From Psychrobacter cryohalolentis K5 (GTDB lineage Bacteria > Pseudomonadota > Gammaproteobacteria > Pseudomonadales > Moraxellaceae), in the NCBI RefSeq assembly GCF_000013905.1, contig NC_007969.1:900001-932000 (forward strand): a stretch of DNA of 32,000 nucleotides, written 5' to 3'. Below are positions 26,645 to 32,000 of the stretch, one piece after another. Each line of letters opens with the position of its first letter. Positions within the stretch are counted from its first letter, which is position 1. The translations under genes were made by a program, and so were the position numbers. The notes beneath the pieces were generated by a model that worked only from the letters and a program-made list of their open reading frames with translations, was not told the origin of the DNA and did no database searches.

Positions 26645-27880
26645 ATGTTTCGTCCTTTAGCGTTATTTATCGGCTTACGGTACACCCGAGCAGAACGTAG
26701 TAATGGTTTTATCTCTTTTATATCGCTGATCTCAATGATTGGTCTGACGCTTGGCGTGGCGGTATTGATTACCGTACTGTCGGTCATGAATGGCTTCGAT
26801 CGTGAGCTAAAAACGCGTATTTTGGGTATGGTACCGCAAGCGACTGTCACATCAACTGAGATTATCGGTGATTGGAAACAAGTCGCGGACAAGATTAAAG
26901 AAGATCCAGAAGTGGTTGCAGTTGCGCCTTTTATCCAGTTGCAAGGTATGTTGACCTCGAATGGTCAGGTAGCTGGCATCATGGTGACAGGTGTTGATCC
27001 TGAGTATGAGAAAAACGTTTCTATCATCAATGAGCATATGGTGGAAGGCAATATTGATACGCTAAAGAATGGCGAGTTCGGTATTGTGCTTGGTGAAGGT
27101 ATGGTGCAATCACTAGGACTGCAATTGGGTGACAAAGTCACTCTCGTGCTGCCAGAAGCATCGCCATCACCTGCTGGCGTGATACCACGCTTTAAACGCT
27201 TTACCTTGACCGGTATATTTTCTATCAGTCCAGAAGTAGACAGTCTCATGGCATTCATTCCAATGGGCGATGCGGCAAAATTACTGCGTTTACCAGAGGG
27301 CGCCCAAGGTATCCGTATGAAGCTTCATGATATCTTTACAGCGCCAATGGCAGCACAAAAAGCGGCTGCGATTGCGCCAGAGCAATTATATCCTAGTGAT
27401 TGGACCCAGACGCATGGCAATCTATTTGGTGCTATCCAAATGGAAAAAGCCATGGTTGGCTTGCTACTGTTCTTAATCATCCTCGTGGCAGCTTTTAATA
27501 TTGTTTCAAGTTTAGTGATGCTAGTCACAGATAAAAAGGCTGACATTGCTATCTTAAAAACTTTTGGCGCCTCACCGCGTCTGATTACCCAAGTCTTTAT
27601 GGTACAAGGTGTGGTGATTGGTTTTATTGGTACCATTGCAGGTACGATATTGGGCGTGATATTTGCATTAACGGTCAGTGATATTTTGGGCTTTATTAAT
27701 AATAGCTTTGGTCTAAATTTATTTGATGCCTATTTTGTGAACTATCTACCATCGCAGCTGCGTTTGGCGGATGTGGTATTGATTACCAGTGCGTCATTTA
27801 TATTGAGCTTTTTGGCGACCATTTATCCAGCACGCCGAGCGGCTAAAATTCAGCCTGCACAAACGCTGCGTTACGAGTAA
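26645..27880 (+). CDS. Lipoprotein-releasing ABC transporter permease (LolC/LolE/LolF family)
   Basis: Start set at MFRPLALFIGLRYTRAERSNGFISFISLISMIGLTLGVAVLI..., the canonical Lol permease N-terminus. The upstream 56 codons of the listed ORF have no homology signal. It has a MacB-like periplasmic domain and a C-terminal FtsX domain ending IYPARRAAKIQPAQTLRYE. Confidence 0.88.
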   Translation: MFRPLALFIGLRYTRAERSNGFISFISLISMIGLTLGVAVLITVLSVMNGFDRELKTRILGMVPQATVTSTEIIGDWKQVADKIKEDPEVVAVAPFIQLQGMLTSNGQVAGIMVTGVDPEYEKNVSIINEHMVEGNIDTLKNGEFGIVLGEGMVQSLGLQLGDKVTLVLPEASPSPAGVIPRFKRFTLTGIFSISPEVDSLMAFIPMGDAAKLLRLPEGAQGIRMKLHDIFTAPMAAQKAAAIAPEQLYPSDWTQTHGNLFGAIQMEKAMVGLLLFLIILVAAFNIVSSLVMLVTDKKADIAILKTFGASPRLITQVFMVQGVVIGFIGTIAGTILGVIFALTVSDILGFINNSFGLNLFDAYFVNYLPSQLRLADVVLITSASFILSFLATIYPARRAAKIQPAQTLRYE

Positions 27881-27924
27881 TTTATAGGCGTTAATGCCGT
27901 TATAAATAAAATAAAGGAAGCATT

Positions 27925-28605
27925 ATGTCTGCTATCTTAAAAGCGACCAATATTAATAAGATATACGATGAAGGTGCCGTGAGCACCCAAGTCTTGACTG
28001 GTTTGGATTTGACTGTCACCGCTGGTGAGCGTATCGCTATCGTTGGTACCAGTGGCTCAGGAAAGAGTACTTTGCTCCATCTGCTTGGTGGGCTTGATAC
28101 GCCAACCAGCGGTGAGGTTTGGTTGCATGGTCAGTTGTTAAACAGTATGAATGAGACCGAACGCGGTGCGATGCGTAATAAGCATTTGGGATTTATTTAT
28201 CAGTTTCATCATCTATTGGCTGAATTTACTGCCATTGAAAACGTTGCCATGCCACTACTAATGCGCCCAGAAGTATCGACGGCTGAAGCGCGTCAGCAAG
28301 CCATCGATATTTTAAACAGTGTTGGTCTTGAGCATCGTTTGGCTCATAGACCGGGTGAATTGTCAGGCGGTGAGCGTCAGCGCGTGGCGATTGCGCGTGC
28401 TTTAGTCACCAAACCGTCGCTTATCTTGGCAGATGAGCCAACAGGTAACCTAGATTATGATAACGCACAAAGTGTTTTTGGATTATTATCAGAGCTGCAA
28501 AGTACGATGCAAACGGCACTATTAATGGTCACTCATGATCGAAATCTAGCGGCGCTTGCTGATCGTCAGCTGCTTTTACGTAATGGTCATTGGGAAAATT
28601 ATTAA
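27925..28605 (+). CDS. lolD: Lipoprotein-releasing ABC transporter ATP-binding protein LolD
   Basis: Walker [12 protein letters not shown], signature [15 protein letters not shown], Walker [14 protein letters not shown]-loop VTHD. It lies directly downstream of the Lol permease. AAGGAAG SD lies upstream. Confidence 0.9.
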   Translation: MSAILKATNINKIYDEGAVSTQVLTGLDLTVTAGERIAIVGTSGSGKSTLLHLLGGLDTPTSGEVWLHGQLLNSMNETERGAMRNKHLGFIYQFHHLLAEFTAIENVAMPLLMRPEVSTAEARQQAIDILNSVGLEHRLAHRPGELSGGERQRVAIARALVTKPSLILADEPTGNLDYDNAQSVFGLLSELQSTMQTALLMVTHDRNLAALADRQLLLRNGHWENY

Positions 28606-28663
28606 AATATAATAGGAAAGGACTGCAAGATAGCAGTCTATTGATTGAGTAAGGATAAATATA

Positions 28664-28972
28664 ATGGATAAAGATGACGACCCGATTGCTGCTTTTGGCA
28701 GTATTGAAGAAGGCGATGAGCCACTAAACCTTTATATGGATACCGCGTTATTTGATACGCTCGATAAACAAGGTCAAATAGATTTACTGACGCCCGTTTT
28801 CGATCGTATTACTTTGGCAGGTGTTGATTTTGATTTAAAGGTTCAAGACAGTGCGACAGGTAAACGTTATGTATTGCTCAAAAACGAAGAAGTGGTTGAA
28901 GTTTTTGTGATGGATAATAAGCTCACTGACAACATCCTTAATGCTATTGAAGAAAATAGAGATGAGGATTGA
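28664..28972 (+). CDS. Small acidic hypothetical protein (102 aa)
   Basis: ORF with an AAGGA SD about 7 nt upstream. It is very acidic, with no TM segment or signal peptide. I do not recognise the family. Confidence 0.5.
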   Translation: MDKDDDPIAAFGSIEEGDEPLNLYMDTALFDTLDKQGQIDLLTPVFDRITLAGVDFDLKVQDSATGKRYVLLKNEEVVEVFVMDNKLTDNILNAIEENRDED

Positions 28973-28981
28973 TAGCATTTA

Positions 28982-29593
28982 TTAAAGTTCGGGCGGCTTA
29001 TCTAAAGAGCTAAGCTGCCTTTTTTGCCAACTCGTGACAGTCTTATAGCGCCAAATGGCTTTAAACGCTAAGCCGCAGACGATGCTTGTAATAATGGCTA
29101 AGATAGTCAGACCTAGGCAAAATGCAGTCAAGGACACAGTGCCTTTATAAGTAATAAAGGGATTGGCGCCGTCCGATATAATCCATAAACTTAAGTCAGA
29201 GATCATCCTGCCGATCGTGCGCAAGCTAATCATTGGCAAATCGAGTATTTCGGCACCGATATAGTATCCAGCGTAAAATACCGGTAAGGTGGTGAGTGGA
29301 TTGGTAATCCATGTTAAGCCCAGTGCCATAGGGACATTGGCACGGAAAATAAGCGCACCAATCAATGCCAATAACATCTGTCCTGGCAATGGAAAAAAGG
29401 CACTCAGCACACCGATATAGACGGCTTTATTTAAGCTATGGCGATTAAAATGCCACAATCGTGGGTCAGAAAGTTGTGGCGCAAACAGTTTTAATGTGCG
29501 ACTTTCTAACACTTTTTCAGGGGTAGGTAATAAGTCTTTTAAACGTTTTTTTGGCACAGATTTGCCTTTACTCATTGTCTGCAGCCCGCTCAA
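28982..29593 (-). CDS. DUF2062-family membrane protein
   Basis: LKLFAPQLSDPRLWHFNRHSLNKAVYIGVLSAFFPLPGQMLLALIGALIFRANVPMALGLTWITNPLT matches the pattern I associate with DUF2062. Its position next to lolD and comEC is one I recall from other gammaproteobacteria. Confidence 0.7.
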   Translation of the reverse strand: MSGLQTMSKGKSVPKKRLKDLLPTPEKVLESRTLKLFAPQLSDPRLWHFNRHSLNKAVYIGVLSAFFPLPGQMLLALIGALIFRANVPMALGLTWITNPLTTLPVFYAGYYIGAEILDLPMISLRTIGRMISDLSLWIISDGANPFITYKGTVSLTAFCLGLTILAIITSIVCGLAFKAIWRYKTVTSWQKRQLSSLDKPPEL

Positions 29594-29801
29594 TCATAAT
29601 AATAATAGGCAGATAGGCAGTCATGTTATTGATAAAAGTATAGATAAGAATTCTATCAGAAAAACGTAAAGAGAACGTTAGACAATCACCATCCTAGTGT
29701 GTGCAATTAGTATAGGATAATATCCGGATAAATACCATGGCTTGATGTAGTGGTATTTAGCGCCAAGGTAATATAGCAAGCGCATGACAGTTTTTTAGTG
29801 G

Positions 29802-32000
29802 ATGCTATATATTATTTCAAATATCACGCAAGGAGCACTGGTGTATTGGTTAATAGGTAGCTTTATCATCCTTGCTATGATGTGTGTTTTGGCGGTTGCT
29901 GATAGCACGCCTATACCAATAATGCCGCTATTTATGGATAGCGCTAGCACTCCTGTTCTGACTATTTCATTCGTACTTCTTACCTTTATTTTAATTTTGA
30001 TCAGCCAGTTTACTATCCCGTCAGTTAACCCTATCAATTCCGTAAAAAGTACGCCACATTATTCTAGGTTTGCTTCTCGTATTCTCTATTTTATATCAAT
30101 CGCTATACTAGCAAGCACTTTGGTTATTGGTAGTGGTTTGAAGGCACTAATAAGTCATCAACAAGCAGACGATCAAAAAATTACTGAGCCAATGCGTGTG
30201 CAGGCTTTGGTTCATATAGAGGGAATAAGCGATAGTGTGTATGATGCTGGTACCGATACCGGCTATCGGCAAGTGGCGATCATCAGTCAAATATTGCCAT
30301 TGGTTTCTGAGCTGACAGCGCAAGACTTGGATAAAGTGACAGCAGAATACGGAGCAGGGCTAAATAATAGCCTAAGCGGCGATGATATCAAGTATGAATC
30401 TTCAAATGCCATATCTTCACATCAAAACACACTTGCTGAAAATGCTGTTCAAGATAAGGTATACCGCGTCCTACTCAATGCTTACCCAAAAAAGCCAGCC
30501 AAACAGTCATCTAAGACTAACTCTCAGAAAAAATCTAAGAAAACAGAAAAACAAAGTCAGATTGTTGACTTAAATCATCTGCAGCCGGGTGATAGATTGT
30601 TTATGACCTTGACGCTTGCACCGCTTGCTACTTCTGAGCAAGTATCAAATAACCCATCAGGGTTTGATAGTTATCGCTGGCTACGTAGTCGGCATATTGA
30701 CGGCGTTGCCAATATACTGGCTACTAGTAGTAGCTCGATTTTGCCATCTAGTCACCCACAGACACATTCAAATTCGCATTTACTCTCTTCTGATTCTTAT
30801 TTAACACGGTTGCGTACTGCTATTGACCAAGGGCGTTGGCAATTACGTCAGCACTTTTATAAAGATTGGGCTACAAATACTGCTGCAGAGCAACAAGCAA
30901 AAGCGGTCACATTAAGCTTGCTGACCGGTGATCGCAGTTTAATTAATCGTGAGACCAAAGATCTATATCAGTTGGCTGGCATTTCACATTTATTAGCAAT
31001 ATCGGGTACACATGTTTTGTTTTTAGCGATTGTGCTGGCTGGTATAGTTATCCTATTGATTAATCGTCTGTATCCCGCTCTATATCGCTATATTCCGCGC
31101 TGGCACGTACGTTGGTGGGTGATGATTAGCGCCGCATTTATTTATGCATTGTTTACAGGGTTTGATGTGCCCGCTGCACGTACCGCATGGATGCTACTGG
31201 CAATTGGTCTGACAAGACTAACTTTATTGCCTGTCAGTACCATGCGCGTATTATTTGCCTTGGCAGTACTGATGGCGTGGCATGACCCTTATGTATTATG
31301 GCAAGCAGGTTATTGGCTGTCCTTTATTGCCGTGGCATTATTGCTTAAATATGAAGATACCTCACAAAATCAGCCATTAACATCAAACCAACCCTCTACT
31401 TCCTATGACAAATTACTCAGATGTCTATGGCTAAGTTTTAAGCGCTTATTTAAGTTACAGTGTTGGCTATTTCTCGCTCTTTTACCTGTAACTTTGTTAC
31501 TCTTTGGCAAAGCCTCATTATGGGGGTTAATCGTAAATCTCTTTGCTATTGGCTTATTTGGTTGGATTATCGTACCGCTGAATTTATTGGCTGGGCTTTG
31601 CTATCTCATATTGCCGTCTGTAGCTGATATTATTTGGATGTTAGTCACTGCGATTGTCAGTAACCTACACGAACTGATAGGATGGCTAACGGCAATGCCT
31701 GTGCTATCAGATGCGTGGCTTTATACGCCCGTCAATGCCGCTATTTTGCTTATGGCATTATTAACCATATTACCTTGGTTGCTACCTCGCGGTCTGATCA
31801 GTCGTTGGTTAGTATTGCCACCGCTCAGTCTTTTGGTAATGACGGTATATGCCAATCAGCAGTCACTGACTACGACACCCACTCTATATATATTGCCAAC
31901 GGGTGATCATTATATAAGTGCCGCTTTATTACAATATCCGGTCGTCAATGATAAAGATGCCAAAAATACCAGCTGGCTGTTTTTGGCAGATCATAGACCC
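29802..32000 (+). CDS. comEC: DNA internalisation-related competence protein ComEC/Rec2, 3' end outside the window
   Basis: Not in the ORF track because it has no stop in the window. I translated the frame with codon starts divisible by 3 by hand and found it open from ATG 29802 to nt 32000. It contains the Competence-domain hallmark LTGDRSLINRETKDLYQLAGISHLLAISGTHVLFLAIVLAG and many TM helices. The start codon is uncertain (ATG 29802, GTG 29841, ATG 29877). Confidence 0.85.
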   Translation, partial: MLYIISNITQGALVYWLIGSFIILAMMCVLAVADSTPIPIMPLFMDSASTPVLTISFVLLTFILILISQFTIPSVNPINSVKSTPHYSRFASRILYFISIAILASTLVIGSGLKALISHQQADDQKITEPMRVQALVHIEGISDSVYDAGTDTGYRQVAIISQILPLVSELTAQDLDKVTAEYGAGLNNSLSGDDIKYESSNAISSHQNTLAENAVQDKVYRVLLNAYPKKPAKQSSKTNSQKKSKKTEKQSQIVDLNHLQPGDRLFMTLTLAPLATSEQVSNNPSGFDSYRWLRSRHIDGVANILATSSSSILPSSHPQTHSNSHLLSSDSYLTRLRTAIDQGRWQLRQHFYKDWATNTAAEQQAKAVTLSLLTGDRSLINRETKDLYQLAGISHLLAISGTHVLFLAIVLAGIVILLINRLYPALYRYIPRWHVRWWVMISAAFIYALFTGFDVPAARTAWMLLAIGLTRLTLLPVSTMRVLFALAVLMAWHDPYVLWQAGYWLSFIAVALLLKYEDTSQNQPLTSNQPSTSYDKLLRCLWLSFKRLFKLQCWLFLALLPVTLLLFGKASLWGLIVNLFAIGLFGWIIVPLNLLAGLCYLILPSVADIIWMLVTAIVSNLHELIGWLTAMPVLSDAWLYTPVNAAILLMALLTILPWLLPRGLISRWLVLPPLSLLVMTVYANQQSLTTTPTLYILPTGDHYISAALLQYPVVNDKDAKNTSWLFLADHRP

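Noticed and set aside
29795-31906. Listed small ORFs 29795..30037(-), 30382..30573(+), 30616..30804(+) and 31682..31906(+)
   Set aside because: All lie inside the long open comEC frame, either antisense or in other frames. comEC was missing from the track only because it has no stop codon in the window.
1-32000. Mobile elements, CRISPR arrays, tRNA/rRNA genes and window-scale repeats
   Set aside because: I found no transposase or integrase-like ORFs, no regularly spaced direct repeats and no cloverleaf-like or rRNA-like sequence. The only long similar segments are the two terD paralogs, which share coding sequence around [13 protein letters not shown].

Overview
This 32 kb window looks like core chromosome of an AT-rich gammaproteobacterium. 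Gene content and protein style suggest Moraxellaceae or Psychrobacter, but that is inference and was not verified. I saw no rRNA, tRNA, CRISPR array, IS element, integrase or prophage gene.

Gene order, left to right:
- A 5'-truncated LytS-type histidine kinase and a LytTR response regulator (+).
- A convergent YfcC/DcuC-family transporter (-).
- A five-gene Ter-family cluster on the minus strand: TerD, a DUF475/TerC-like membrane protein, TerD, AIM24/DUF124, and a TerZ-like protein.
- rlmL, an MscS-family channel, and a bcp peroxiredoxin followed by a class-I flavoprotein disulfide reductase.
- A small secreted protein, then divergent queC and ttcA.
- ccoG-fixH, and ccoNOQP (cbb3 oxidase). 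This includes a 59-aa ccoQ that is absent from the supplied ORF track.
- An SCP2-domain protein, an unrecognised 331-aa protein, a single Lol permease plus lolD, and a small acidic protein.
- DUF2062, and a 3'-truncated comEC that runs off the window.

Most of the window is ordinary housekeeping. The best candidates for under-described biology are:
- The minimal TerD/TerC-like/AIM24 cluster.
- The LytS/LytTR pair with a TGCACAT repeat and palindrome upstream of the neighbouring transporter.
- The bcp-flavoprotein reductase pair.
- The unrecognised 331-aa protein.

All family calls come from reading motifs in the translated ORFs by eye. No database search was run.
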